Part shown: positions 1 to 10,334 of the stretch, in pieces
Numbering within the stretch: the first letter of the stretch is position 1
How the letters are laid out: every line of letters starts with the position of its first letter
NCBI GenBank assembly: GCA_027006055.1
Contig: JALTKX010000155.1
Location: 1-58,516, forward strand
Length of the DNA: 58,516 nt
Direction of reading: 5' to 3'
Source of the DNA: Calditrichia bacterium
GTDB lineage: Bacteria > Calditrichota > Calditrichia > Calditrichales > J004
Notes under the pieces: generated by a model
The model's input: only the letters and a program-made list of their open reading frames with translations
Databases searched by the model: none
Told to the model about the DNA's origin: nothing
Made by a program: the position numbers and the translations under genes

Positions 1-1
1 G

Positions 2-595
2 GTTCAGGCCATTAACAGCATTGTGGCCCCTGTTATTAACAGTTCGGAGATACGCGTTGGCACAAAACTTTTTTGCAGGAATATAGATAAACGTACCCAG
101 ATCTATCTGGGGCCGGACTATGTGGTGGACCCTAATCTGAAGAATATTAAAAACTATCATCGTCAACATGAAAAGAAACTCTTTGACGCCTTTATGCGCC
201 TTGATGAAAAGCAGCTGGAGGTGGAGTTTACCAAGAAAAAGGCCCTGAGCCATTTGGCCAAGCTTAATAAACTTTCCAAATCCAGTATCTCATCGGATGT
301 ATTGCTCAGCCGTTTTTTTGTGAATATAGAAGAAGACCTGCAAAAGTTTCGCCTGGAAATTGAAAAATGCCAGGATACCCTGCTGGTTTATCAGGAAGAG
401 CTGCGCCAACTCAATTTTTATCATTCCCACACCCGTACCGATAAAAAGCCGGAGATTGTCGTGGTGGGGAAATTATCTCCGGGTTGTACCATTTATGCCC
501 CGCACCAAACGCTTCGAGTAAGGGAGGTAATGGAACATGTGTCCATCTCCCTTAACCAGTCCAGCGGCACCCTGGAAGTTAAGCCCCTTTCATAG
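2..595 (+). CDS. FapA/DUF342-family flagellar assembly protein, C-terminal part (5' truncated)
   Basis: Frame is open from the window edge (VQAINSIVAPVINSSE...). Beta-rich repeats, a coiled coil and a terminal 'IVVVGKLSPGCTIY' segment parallel the C-terminus of 15023..16444. Confidence 0.6.
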   Translation, partial: VQAINSIVAPVINSSEIRVGTKLFCRNIDKRTQIYLGPDYVVDPNLKNIKNYHRQHEKKLFDAFMRLDEKQLEVEFTKKKALSHLAKLNKLSKSSISSDVLLSRFFVNIEEDLQKFRLEIEKCQDTLLVYQEELRQLNFYHSHTRTDKKPEIVVVGKLSPGCTIYAPHQTLRVREVMEHVSISLNQSSGTLEVKPLS

Positions 596-627
596 TGACA
601 CAAAATTAACCAACTCTCTCCTATTTT

Positions 628-655
628 TTTAGATTGCCCGCCATATATCCGTTAA
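628..655 (+). promoter_or_regulatory. Putative sigma28 (FliA)-type promoter for cheA1
   Basis: TTTA-N16-TCCGTTAA, same geometry as the elements at 7508 and 19943. Confidence 0.35.
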
Positions 656-693
656 TGAGACCTATAACGGTATTCTTCCCATGGAGAAAATGT

Positions 694-2982
694 ATGAGCA
701 CTATGCTGAACGATGACAAGGAAATACTTGTAGATTTTATTAACGAGAGCAACGAAGCCCTTGAAAAAACAGAGCTGGTACTGTTGGGGCTGGAGGAAAA
801 TCTCGCCGCCGGAGGAGATGTGGATGAAAATGATATCAACTCCATTTTTCGCACTTTTCATTCCATAAAGGGCAGCGCGGGTTTTATCGGCCTTGTATCC
901 ATGAACCAGCTTACGCATGAAGCCGAAACCCTGCTGGATAATATCCGGAAAGGTAAAACCGACCTCAAAAAAGCCCATATAGATATTTTTCTTGAAGTAA
1001 GCGACACGCTTATGATGATGATGAATCATCTGCATGAGAATTTTACGGAAGAAGGCTTTCCCGGAGACATTGATGAACTGAAGGGAAGAATCGTACGATT
1101 GATTGATGATTCCACCGCCGATAAGGGCAAAACCAAACCGGCTCAAAAGTCGGAAAAAAAGAAAAGCAAAAAAACGGAGCCCGCTCCGCGGAAAAACGGG
1201 GACGGAACGGAGGCAAAAGTTACGGATGCCATGTTGGACGCCCTGATTTCTCCGGAAATGGTCAAACAATTTGTGGTGGATGCCTCCGAGTTGCTTGACG
1301 GCATGGAACAGGACCTTTTAGCTCTGGAAAAAGCGCCGGATAACATGGAACTGATCGAAAGCGTTTTTAGAAACATGCATAGCCTTAAGGGCAACGCCGG
1401 TTTTTTTAATTACGGCGATATCAGCCAGGTATGCCACCGGGCGGAGACCTTTTTGGACCTGGTACGTTCGGGCAAGGCCCGGGCCGAGGCCAACCAAATC
1501 TCCCTGATATTGCAGGTATTGGATTTTCTGCGCAGCGCCATAGAGAATCTTGACGCCGGCAAACCGGCCGTAATCAGTGGTAAAATAGGTCTGCTGGACC
1601 TTATGACCGAGGTTCTTTCGCTGGAAGAGGCCGAGGCTTCTTCGGAGGAAAAAACGGCGTCGGAAGAAAGGCCGGAAAAAGCGGCTGCCGAACAGGAACC
1701 GGACGAAACCAACAAAAAAAGCGCATCCCGGGAAGAAAAAACAGAGTCGGTATCCCCGAAAAAAACGGAAGCAAAGACTCAGGCGAGTAACGCAAAAAAA
1801 ACACGCTCTTCCATCAGCGATGTGATTCGCGTGGATGTGGAAAAGCTTAATAAGCTAATGAACCTGGTGGGCGAGATTGTAATTTCCGAGTCGATGGTTT
1901 CCCATAATCCCGATTTGCGTGCTTTGGAGATGGAAAGCGTGGAGAAATCCATCAGCTATTTACAAAAGAACGTGCGTGAATTGCAGGAACTGGCCACGGC
2001 CATGCGCATGATTCCCCTAAGCGGCCTGTTTGGAAAGATGAAACGTCTTATCCGCGACCTGGCCACTAAAAACAATAAGAAGATCGATCTTATTATCAAC
2101 GGCGGGGAAACGGAAGTGGATCGTTCGGTTTTGGAGCACATCTCGGACCCGCTTGTACACATTCTAAGGAACTCGGCGGATCATGGCATCGAGGCGCCCG
2201 CCGCGCGCGAGGAAAAAGGAAAGCCCGGAACGGGACGTATTGAGCTTTCGGCAAAACAGGTGGGCGGCGAAATCTGGATTATTGTGGAGGACGACGGTAA
2301 CGGATTAAACCGGGAAAAAATCCTTAAAAAGGCCCTGGAAAAGGGACTGATATCGGAAAATGATATGGATATGGCCGATGAAAAGGTCTGGAACCTGATA
2401 TTTCAACCCGGATTTTCCACGGCGGATAAGGTCTCCGATATTTCCGGCCGCGGCGTGGGCATGGACGTGGTCGTTCGTAATGTGGAAAAAATACGGGGCC
2501 GGGTGGAAGTGGACAGCACCCAGGGGCAGGGCACGCGCGTTAACCTGCGCATACCGTTGACCACGGCCATTGTTGACGGTATGTTGATGCGCGTGGAAGA
2601 AACCATCTATGCCATCCCAACCCTCGATATCAAGGAATCCCTGCAAGTGGGTGAGCAGAACGTGGTCGACCTGATGGACGGGCAGGAGGTTATAAAAATC
2701 CGCGAGCGTTTGATTCCGATACTGCGCCTGCATGAATTGCATGAACTGAGTTTTAAGGCCAAGCCCCTTTCCGAGGGCATTGTGGTGGTAACCGAGAAAG
2801 GCGCGCAGGGCATTGGCTTTTTGGTGGATGAAATACTGGGACAACAACAACTGGTTATAAAGCCGTTACCGGAATATTTGGGGAATATAAAGGGCGTTTC
2901 CGGTTGCGCCGTGTTGGGTAATGGGGAGATTTGCCTGATTTTGGATTTAAGCAATTTAATAAAGATGGTTGAAGTGCCATAG
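694..2982 (+). CDS. cheA: Chemotaxis histidine kinase CheA with two Hpt domains
   Basis: Two Hpt motifs (FRTFHSIKG, FRNMHSLKG), dimerisation 'IRVDVEKLNKLMNLVGE', HATPase 'RNSADHG', 'DDGNG', 'SGRGVGMDVV' and a C-terminal CheW domain. Start moved to ATG 694 (GGAG at 683). Confidence 0.97.
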   Translation: MSTMLNDDKEILVDFINESNEALEKTELVLLGLEENLAAGGDVDENDINSIFRTFHSIKGSAGFIGLVSMNQLTHEAETLLDNIRKGKTDLKKAHIDIFLEVSDTLMMMMNHLHENFTEEGFPGDIDELKGRIVRLIDDSTADKGKTKPAQKSEKKKSKKTEPAPRKNGDGTEAKVTDAMLDALISPEMVKQFVVDASELLDGMEQDLLALEKAPDNMELIESVFRNMHSLKGNAGFFNYGDISQVCHRAETFLDLVRSGKARAEANQISLILQVLDFLRSAIENLDAGKPAVISGKIGLLDLMTEVLSLEEAEASSEEKTASEERPEKAAAEQEPDETNKKSASREEKTESVSPKKTEAKTQASNAKKTRSSISDVIRVDVEKLNKLMNLVGEIVISESMVSHNPDLRALEMESVEKSISYLQKNVRELQELATAMRMIPLSGLFGKMKRLIRDLATKNNKKIDLIINGGETEVDRSVLEHISDPLVHILRNSADHGIEAPAAREEKGKPGTGRIELSAKQVGGEIWIIVEDDGNGLNREKILKKALEKGLISENDMDMADEKVWNLIFQPGFSTADKVSDISGRGVGMDVVVRNVEKIRGRVEVDSTQGQGTRVNLRIPLTTAIVDGMLMRVEETIYAIPTLDIKESLQVGEQNVVDLMDGQEVIKIRERLIPILRLHELHELSFKAKPLSEGIVVVTEKGAQGIGFLVDEILGQQQLVIKPLPEYLGNIKGVSGCAVLGNGEICLILDLSNLIKMVEVP

Positions 2983-2991
2983 GAGAAACAC

Positions 2992-4719
2992 ATGTTCCCG
3001 TTTTTTAAAAACAAAGCTCCTACACCGTCCGCTCCCGGTGAAAATAAAGATGTTACTGAAATTAAGCTGCATCGAAAAAAACGCAGCTATCCTCCCGGAA
3101 AAATTGCGGTTAGTGACGCGGTCATCCGCGAGGAACTGAAATTTTTAGGGTTGACAGAGCGGGACCTGGGCGTGGTAAAAGCCTGGAAGGATGTGGCCCA
3201 GGAAAATATGGACGAGCTGATAGACGCTTTTTATGCCCATGTGCAAAACTTCCCCCAAACACGCGATATACTACACAAACACTCCTCGGTGGAGCGGCAG
3301 CGCCCGCTTTTAACCGCTTATGTTAAAACGCTCTTTTCCGGCGTTATCGATGACGACTATCTGGAAATGCGCCAACGCGTCGGTATCGTTCATGAGCGTA
3401 TCGATCTTAGCTCCAGCTACTATATCGCCATGTATGAAATCATACGAACCGTTTTTTTTAATACGCTGAAAGATATCTGTGCCTCGGATGAAGAGATTCA
3501 GGATTTTTCGGAATCATTCAATCGACTGATTCAGGTGGATACCGCCCTTACCATACGCGCCTTTAACGCGGCACGTCTGGAAAAGGTGGAGGCGGGACGC
3601 AAAAAGCAGGAGAAGATGCTTAAAAATCTTAGCGACGAGATACTCGGTCTGACGGAAAATGCCCGCCATGGGCATTTGGAGCAACGTATCGACGCCCACA
3701 AATATGATCCGGAAGTACGCGATGTTTTGCTTTCCATAAATGAAGTGATGGATGTGATTCTGGAGCCGGTGAACGAGGCTCTGTCTGTTTTAAAAGAGAT
3801 GGCTGAAGGTAATCTTGATGTAAGGATGACCGGTAGCTATGAAGGGGATCATAAACAGTTGCAGGATTCCCTCAACACCACGATTGACCGGCAAAATGAA
3901 CTTCTTATATCCATCGCCTCCGCCGTAAAGCAGGTGGCCGGCGGCTCCTCGCAGGTATCGGACGTTTCCCAATCCCTTTCTCAAAGTACTACCCAGCAGG
4001 CCAGTTCCCTGCAGGAAATCACCGCTTCCTTAACGGAAATTGGGGGACAGGTTCAGCAAAACGCGGAAAATTCCGGTCAGGCGCATGATCTGAGCCGTGA
4101 AACCCAGGAAAAGGGTGAACAGGGTAAGGAACGCATGATCCGTATGTCCGAGGCCATGGATGAAGTAAAGAAGTCCTCGGATCAAATTGGTAAAATTATA
4201 AAAGTTATCGATGAGATTGCCTTTCAGACCAACCTGTTGGCCCTGAACGCGGCGGTGGAAGCGGCCCGAGCGGGCGTGCATGGCAAGGGCTTTGCCGTTG
4301 TGGCCGAGGAGGTGCGCAACCTGGCCCAGCGCAGCGCCAGGGCGGCCCGGGAAACCACGGAGCTCATCGAGGGCAATAACGATAAGGTGAACAGAGGGAT
4401 TCGTTACGCGGGTGAGACCTCGGCTGTTTTTAATGAAATTGTAAGCGCCATAGATAAAATCAGCGTACTGATCGACGAGATATCCGTGGCCTCCCGGGAG
4501 CAAAGCATAGGTTTAAAAGAAGTAAATACAGGCTTAGCCCAGATAGACCGGGCCACCCAGGATAACACGGCCCTTTCCGAGGAGAGCGCGGCCGCGGCGG
4601 AAGAACTTTCTTCCCAGGCCGAGGAGCTGAGAGGCCTGGTGTCTCGCTTTAAATTGAGAGTGAACGGCATGGGGCAGCGCGCCATGCGGGAAAATGAAAC
4701 GGTTTTTGACTATAATTAA
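2992..4719 (+). CDS. Soluble globin-coupled methyl-accepting chemotaxis protein (HemAT-like) with HAMP-like linker
   Basis: Protoglobin pattern ([10 protein letters not shown]...FYAHV...VGIVHERI), no TM helix, MCP tip [17 protein letters not shown]. Confidence 0.9.
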   Translation: MFPFFKNKAPTPSAPGENKDVTEIKLHRKKRSYPPGKIAVSDAVIREELKFLGLTERDLGVVKAWKDVAQENMDELIDAFYAHVQNFPQTRDILHKHSSVERQRPLLTAYVKTLFSGVIDDDYLEMRQRVGIVHERIDLSSSYYIAMYEIIRTVFFNTLKDICASDEEIQDFSESFNRLIQVDTALTIRAFNAARLEKVEAGRKKQEKMLKNLSDEILGLTENARHGHLEQRIDAHKYDPEVRDVLLSINEVMDVILEPVNEALSVLKEMAEGNLDVRMTGSYEGDHKQLQDSLNTTIDRQNELLISIASAVKQVAGGSSQVSDVSQSLSQSTTQQASSLQEITASLTEIGGQVQQNAENSGQAHDLSRETQEKGEQGKERMIRMSEAMDEVKKSSDQIGKIIKVIDEIAFQTNLLALNAAVEAARAGVHGKGFAVVAEEVRNLAQRSARAARETTELIEGNNDKVNRGIRYAGETSAVFNEIVSAIDKISVLIDEISVASREQSIGLKEVNTGLAQIDRATQDNTALSEESAAAAEELSSQAEELRGLVSRFKLRVNGMGQRAMRENETVFDYN

Positions 4720-4733
4720 AACAGGAGTAAAAA

Positions 4734-5237
4734 ATGGAAGCAGTGGAAGAAGCTGTTGTTTTGGAACCGGGCGTTAACGCCGCTAATGAAGGACAGTTTT
4801 TAACCTTTATGATCGGTGAACAACAATATGGCGTTGAAATAAAGTATGTTACCGAAATCATAGGTATTCAGAATATCACCTCGCTCCCGGATTTGCCGCA
4901 TTTTATGAAAGGGATTATCAATCTGCGGGGCAAGGTCATTCCGGTGGTGGATGTGCGGCTGCGTTTTGGCATGGAAGAACGCGACTATGATGAACGCACC
5001 TGTATTATCGTCGTCAGCATCAACGATACCAATGTGGGACTGGTTGTGGACACCGTGGCCGAGGTGATGAACATTCCCGAGGAAAGCATTGAACCGCCGC
5101 CCAAGGTGAACAGCAAGGCCAACGGGAACCGCTTTATTTACGGACTGGGCAAGGTTCAGGACAATGTACAAATTCTGCTCGATACTCAAAAACTGCTCTT
5201 CGATGAAGAGCTGGAACAGCTATCGGCAATAACATAA
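4734..5237 (+). CDS. cheW: CheW coupling protein
   Basis: QFLTFMIG..YGV..V.EII, KGIINLRGKVIPVVD, GLVVDTV. Confidence 0.96.
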   Translation: MEAVEEAVVLEPGVNAANEGQFLTFMIGEQQYGVEIKYVTEIIGIQNITSLPDLPHFMKGIINLRGKVIPVVDVRLRFGMEERDYDERTCIIVVSINDTNVGLVVDTVAEVMNIPEESIEPPPKVNSKANGNRFIYGLGKVQDNVQILLDTQKLLFDEELEQLSAIT

Positions 5238-5345
5238 GGTAACCGGGTCTGTTGACGTTCCGGCGCTTGTCTGTATTCATGAAAAGGCTCGGAATGCCCA
5301 TGGGCTTAAGCTGAATTGGATTGAGACAGGACCGGTTAAAATAAC

Positions 5346-7193
5346 ATGACAATACGTAAACAATTTCAGATTTTTTGCAGCGCCTTTGGCGCCCTGGTAA
5401 TTATATCCGCCATCTTGGGGCTGATATTTACCACGGGCTATGGAACCTTTATTATGGGTATGGCCATGGCCATTTTACTTTTAATTACGGTAGGTTACGG
5501 CATGCTGGCCAAAATGTTGTTGCGGCCGCTGGCGGATTTTGAATCCATCGCCCGCGGGATTGCCCGGGGCAACCTTGACGCCCGAATCCCTTATAAAGGG
5601 AGCGATGAACTGGGCAGCCTGGCCGTTTCCATAAACAGCATGGTTGATACCTTAAACCAAAACCATCGGGATGACCAAAAATACATCCGTGAGGTGGAAC
5701 AGGTGATCGGCGATATCGGCCAGGTCATAAAAGAACTCAAAATGGGCCGATTGGACAGCAGAACAACAGCGGATACATCCTATGAAAATTTAAGGGAGTT
5801 GCAGGCAAGTCTGAATGAAGTTGTGACAACGCTTGTGGAGCCCATCCGTCAAACGAGCGCTTTGCTGGAAGAATATGCCCATGGTAATCTTGATAACAGC
5901 CTGGAAGTGCTGCCCGGAGAACTGGGGCATTTAAGCCGCGCCACCTCGGATATACGAGAGAATCTTAAAAACCTTATTAAGGATAGCAAGGTATTGGCCA
6001 CCGCCGCCTTGGAAGGCGACTTTTCAACAAAAGGCGATATAAACCGCTACCAGGGAGAATACCGCGAGGTGATTGACTCCCTGAACAGGCTTTTTGAAAA
6101 TATGTTGCAGCCGTTGCACGAGGCCGAAACCATCATCGAACAGTTGTCACGGGGTAATTTTAATGCCTACTCCGAGGGCAGCTATCAGGGCGAACATGCC
6201 CGCCTGCATGACACCCTTAATGCCACAATCAGGGACTTTAATCGTCTGTTGGGGGAGATATTCAACCTGACCCGGCAGATAAGCGGCGGAGTGAATCAGA
6301 TTGCCGAAAATAATGAGAGCCTGGCCCACGGGGCCACCCGCCAGGCGGCTTCCGTCCAGCAAATATCACGGGCCATAGAGGATCTGACCAGTAAAACCCA
6401 GCACAATGCGGAAAACGCCGGTCAGGTAAATGATTTGGTCCGGGAAACCAAATCCTATACCGAATCGGGCAATACGCGGATGAATGAGATGCTGAACGCC
6501 ATGGGTGAGATCAGTACTTCATCCGAAAAGATTTCAAAAATTATCAATTCCATAGAGGAAATTGCCTTTCAAACCAATCTTCTGGCTTTGAACGCGGCGG
6601 TGGAAGCGGCCCGCGCCGGCGTGCATGGCAAGGGCTTTGCCGTTGTGGCCGAGGAGGTGCGCAACCTGGCGCAGCGCAGCGCCCGCGCCGCTAATGAAAC
6701 AACCGATCTCATCGGCGATACCGTAAGCAAGGTGCAAAACGGTACCCGTATAGCCAATGAAACCGCCGGCGCTCTTGAGCAAATTAACGGACAGATCGGC
6801 AAGGTTTCCGATCTGGTACAGGAGATTACGCATTCTTCCAAAGAACAGACGGAGAATATTGTTGAAATCCAAGGCAGTATCCGGGAAATAGACCAGGTAA
6901 CCCAGGAGAATACCGCCCGCGCCGAGGAGAGCGCGGCCAGCTCCCAGGATATAACAAGCTATGTGCATCGTCTGCAACAGATGATGACCCGTTTTAAGCT
7001 GGATTCCCGTTTTATGATTCAACACAAGGTGACGCCGTTAAGGCAACAGCCGGAACTCTCTTTATCTACGGGCGGGGATGCACACGAGCTCACGGTCTCT
7101 TCGAAGGAAGCGGAGAATGGGGACGAAAACCATGCCCTGGAGGAAAGTTCGATAAATATCGAACTGGATGATCCCGATTTTGGTGAGTTTTAG
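5346..7193 (+). CDS. Membrane-anchored poly-HAMP MCP with no periplasmic sensor; C-terminal DFGEF pentapeptide
   Basis: Two adjacent hydrophobic helices at the N-terminus, repeated HAMP motifs (DELGSLA, GELGHL, YQGEY, YQGEH) and an MCP tip. Confidence 0.92.
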   Translation: MTIRKQFQIFCSAFGALVIISAILGLIFTTGYGTFIMGMAMAILLLITVGYGMLAKMLLRPLADFESIARGIARGNLDARIPYKGSDELGSLAVSINSMVDTLNQNHRDDQKYIREVEQVIGDIGQVIKELKMGRLDSRTTADTSYENLRELQASLNEVVTTLVEPIRQTSALLEEYAHGNLDNSLEVLPGELGHLSRATSDIRENLKNLIKDSKVLATAALEGDFSTKGDINRYQGEYREVIDSLNRLFENMLQPLHEAETIIEQLSRGNFNAYSEGSYQGEHARLHDTLNATIRDFNRLLGEIFNLTRQISGGVNQIAENNESLAHGATRQAASVQQISRAIEDLTSKTQHNAENAGQVNDLVRETKSYTESGNTRMNEMLNAMGEISTSSEKISKIINSIEEIAFQTNLLALNAAVEAARAGVHGKGFAVVAEEVRNLAQRSARAANETTDLIGDTVSKVQNGTRIANETAGALEQINGQIGKVSDLVQEITHSSKEQTENIVEIQGSIREIDQVTQENTARAEESAASSQDITSYVHRLQQMMTRFKLDSRFMIQHKVTPLRQQPELSLSTGGDAHELTVSSKEAENGDENHALEESSINIELDDPDFGEF

Positions 7194-7229
7194 GTCGTCG
7201 CTTTCACGGTCATTGTCTCTTATTCATTT

Positions 7230-7278
7230 CCGCTCCTCTCTATGGATGTGCCATCCCGGATGAGCGGGCTTGGTTTTT
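7230..7278 (+). terminator. Possible intrinsic terminator after the MCP gene
   Basis: CCGCTC/GAGCGG or CCCG/CGGG stem, followed by TGGTTTTT. Confidence 0.3.
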
Positions 7279-7507
7279 ACCTGTGACATCCGTATGTCCG
7301 TATGCGGATAAACGATGTTAAAAAATCTGTAGTTTTCACCGGATACGTCATTCATGCCGGCCAAAATATCTTCGTTCTTATTCCTGTTTTCCGAAAAACA
7401 CTCCAATGTAACGCCATGATGTTTTAACCCTTCTGTATCAGGGGTGTGTATACTTTTAAACCACCAGGAAAGGATTGGTTTAAAAATTGTCACCTATAAA
7501 CTTTTCA

Positions 7508-7535
7508 TCAAGAGTTGTTGGCAATCACTCGAATA
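7508..7535 (+). promoter_or_regulatory. Putative sigma28-type promoter
   Basis: TCAA-N16-CTCGAATA; shares AGAGT-N14-CGAATA exactly with the element at 19943. Confidence 0.4.
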
Positions 7536-7574
7536 ATGGGGTGTAAATAAATTTAAATCATGGAGGATTTAATA

Positions 7575-8108
7575 ATGCGTAAGTTATCATTGGTTTTGGG
7601 TTTACTGATGTTTTTAGGCGCTCCGTTGTGGGCCAAAAATGCCACCGCCGCCCAGTATTTGTATATGGTTAACAAGGTGCTCCCGGAAAAGAAGAGTGTC
7701 TCCATTTTTCTACCGGCAGAACTGCTCAGCAAGGAAAAACCCAAAATTGAGCGGGCCGCCGCTACTTTTGGTATAAAGGTTAAGATATTTCTAATCGAAA
7801 CCGCGCGCTCCCTGGGCGAGGGCTTTAAACAATTAAAAGATGACGAAGTGCTTATAGTTTATGAGTCCGATGTGACCAGCGTTAAAAGCAGCCGTCTGTT
7901 CATTCTGAAAAAATGTAAGGAGCGTAACATACCTGTTGTAACGCCCATGGAAGAGTACAGCAAGGCGGGCGCTTTTTTGGGCATCATTGTTAATGATAAA
8001 TTTAAGATGCAGGATTTGCTGGTAAATGTGCAAAATTATGCCCAATACGCGCCCAAGTTTACGGAAGAATTTAATGTGGCCATCGGCGTTACCCAGGTAA
8101 TAAAGTAA
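7575..8108 (+). CDS. Secreted/periplasmic protein, YfiR/HmsC (DUF4154) or ABC substrate-binding-half-like
   Basis: Signal peptide ([20 protein letters not shown]), alpha/beta pattern ending '[22 protein letters not shown]...LLVN'. GGAGG at 7562 favours ATG 7575. Confidence 0.55.
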   Translation: MRKLSLVLGLLMFLGAPLWAKNATAAQYLYMVNKVLPEKKSVSIFLPAELLSKEKPKIERAAATFGIKVKIFLIETARSLGEGFKQLKDDEVLIVYESDVTSVKSSRLFILKKCKERNIPVVTPMEEYSKAGAFLGIIVNDKFKMQDLLVNVQNYAQYAPKFTEEFNVAIGVTQVIK

Positions 8109-8137
8109 GTAAAATATCCGCAAGAGGGGTTTTTTTG

Positions 8138-10333
8138 ATGAGATATTCCGAGTTGAAACTGAAAGGAAAAATGCTGGCGGTTTTTGTGCCGGTCCTGATC
8201 GTAATGATTGGTATTGGTTTGAGTATAATCAATGGCATTACCAGCAATGCCCTGGACCAGAATCTGAAGCGCTCCATTGAGATTGTAAGCAATATTGCCT
8301 CGGGCACGGTGCAAACGGGGCTTGAATTCGCGGACAACGAAACGATTGCCTCCGCCTTAAAGAATTTTACGGAAGACGACCAGGTATCCTATCTGAATGT
8401 AAGAAACGCCGATGGAGAAACCGTTTACCAATTCCGTCGCGACGGCTATGAAAACCTCTCGGGAAAAGACCTGAGCTCCTATCAGTCGGAAGATGAAATA
8501 TTTAGCACAAAGCCGGTTCTCTCCGGTAATGACAAGATCGGTGAGGTAACCGTGGGTATATCACTTCAGGCGCGAAACGAAGCCCTGGGTTATGCCAAGA
8601 ATATCTTTTTCATGCTGTCGGCGGGGGGCGTGGTTTTGCTGGCTCTGTTGCTGCTTGTGTTGGCCAACCGCTTCAGTCGCCCCATAAGCATGTTGGCGGA
8701 AATAGCCCGTAGCCTAAGCGAGGGGGATGTTGAGCAAAGCGTTGAGTTTGAAAGCGGCGATGAACTGGGTACCCTGGCGGACGCCTTCAGGGCCATGATT
8801 GCCAGTATGAAGGAAAAAGCGCGTATTGCCGATGAGATTTCCCAGGGGAACATCGATGTGGAATTTGACAATCTTCATAAAAATGACGCGGTCGGTCAGG
8901 CCATGCAGGCCATGAAGCGACGCATCGGTTATATGGTGCGCGACGTGCATATGCTGGTACAGTCCGCCCTGGAGGGTGATCTGCAAAAACGGGCCGAGGC
9001 GGAAAGGCATCGCGGCGAGTTTGCCGAGATTATTCTTGGCGTAAACAAAACCCTGGACGCCTTTAACGAGCCTGTCAGCCTGGCGGCGGAATATATCGCG
9101 CACATTGCCGAAGGTAATATCCCTGCGCCGATTCAACAAAAGTTTAAGGGTGATTTTGCTCCGTTGATGAATAACCTCAACAGGTCGATTGAGGCCATAA
9201 CAAAATTGATTGACGACGCCAGGCTGACCGCGCAGTATGCCCTGGAAGGCAACCTGAGCTTCCGCGCGGATGTTGAAGATCATTCGGGTGACTATCGTAA
9301 AATTATCGAAGGTCTAAACGATACCGTCGAGGCAACCATTGCACCCATAAACGAAGCAATCAATATTCTGGAACATCTGGGTCAGGGTAATTTTACGGTT
9401 GAGATGACCGGGGATTATAAGGGTGATCATGCCCGTTTGAAGGACGCCCTGAATAAAACAATTCATAATATCAGCGAGACCCTGCAACGGGTGGCCCTGG
9501 CTTCCGAGCAGGTTAACTCCAATGCCGTACAGGTGTCCGCTTCCAGCCAGTCGGTATCCGAAGGGGCTTCCGATCAGGCCAGTTCCCTGGAAGAGATAGG
9601 CGCTTCCATGGTGGAAATCAGCAGCCAGTCCAAGCGCAATGCGGAAAATGCCCTGAATGCCAAAAATATTTCGGAAAAATCGCGTACATCCGCGGAAGAA
9701 GGCAATCAGCAGATGACCGAGATGCTTGAGGCCATGAATAAAATCAATAAATCCTCCAACGAAATTTCCCGCATCATCAAGGTGATTGATGAAATCGCCT
9801 TTCAGACAAACCTGCTGGCCCTGAATGCCGCCGTGGAAGCGGCCCGCGCGGGCGTGCATGGCAAGGGCTTTGCCGTTGTGGCCGAAGAGGTGCGCAACCT
9901 GGCCCAGCGCAGTGCCAAGGCGGCCCGGGAAACCACGGAACTGATTGAAGAATCGGTTAACCGGGTTGAGGATGGCACGGAGATAGCCTCGCAGACGGCG
10001 GAGGCCATCAACAGCATTATTCGTGGCATTACCGAATCGACCGATCTTATTACGGAGATAAACGCCTCCTCGCAGGAACAGGTATCGGCCATTGAGCAGG
10101 TTAATAACGCCCTGCAGCAGATCGACCGGGTAACGCAGTCCAATACCGCCTACGCGGAAGAAAGCGCGGCAACGGCGGCCGAGCTTTCCTCGGAGGCCAA
10201 TCAACTGCGCACGCTGATCAATAATTTTACCCTGAGGCAGGGAACCGCCGCGGAGCTTGTATCCGGGGCGGAAAATGATGAGTCCGGCGCCTTCGGACAA
10301 AAGTGGGATGATTTTCCGGGTGGATTAAACTAG
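8138..10333 (+). CDS. MCP with CHASE8/Cache-like periplasmic sensor and poly-HAMP
   Basis: TM1, '[17 protein letters not shown]...NADGE...KPV...[10 protein letters not shown]', TM2, several HAMP motifs and an MCP tip. Confidence 0.92.
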   Translation: MRYSELKLKGKMLAVFVPVLIVMIGIGLSIINGITSNALDQNLKRSIEIVSNIASGTVQTGLEFADNETIASALKNFTEDDQVSYLNVRNADGETVYQFRRDGYENLSGKDLSSYQSEDEIFSTKPVLSGNDKIGEVTVGISLQARNEALGYAKNIFFMLSAGGVVLLALLLLVLANRFSRPISMLAEIARSLSEGDVEQSVEFESGDELGTLADAFRAMIASMKEKARIADEISQGNIDVEFDNLHKNDAVGQAMQAMKRRIGYMVRDVHMLVQSALEGDLQKRAEAERHRGEFAEIILGVNKTLDAFNEPVSLAAEYIAHIAEGNIPAPIQQKFKGDFAPLMNNLNRSIEAITKLIDDARLTAQYALEGNLSFRADVEDHSGDYRKIIEGLNDTVEATIAPINEAINILEHLGQGNFTVEMTGDYKGDHARLKDALNKTIHNISETLQRVALASEQVNSNAVQVSASSQSVSEGASDQASSLEEIGASMVEISSQSKRNAENALNAKNISEKSRTSAEEGNQQMTEMLEAMNKINKSSNEISRIIKVIDEIAFQTNLLALNAAVEAARAGVHGKGFAVVAEEVRNLAQRSAKAARETTELIEESVNRVEDGTEIASQTAEAINSIIRGITESTDLITEINASSQEQVSAIEQVNNALQQIDRVTQSNTAYAEESAATAAELSSEANQLRTLINNFTLRQGTAAELVSGAENDESGAFGQKWDDFPGGLN

Positions 10334-10334
10334 G

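Noticed and set aside
634-693. ORF-track upstream starts (634, 7560, 13639, 14003, 17762, 32415, 57509)
   Set aside because: Downstream ATGs have proper RBS or stop-start overlaps, and the extensions overlap promoters or neighbouring genes.
7224-7493. 89-aa minus-strand ORF in the intergenic gap
   Set aside because: No motif or clear RBS, and the region looks regulatory.
7518-7534. TTGGCAATCACTCGAAT as a sigma54 promoter
   Set aside because: Spacing does not give GG-N10-GC/GA; it fits the sigma28-like pattern better.
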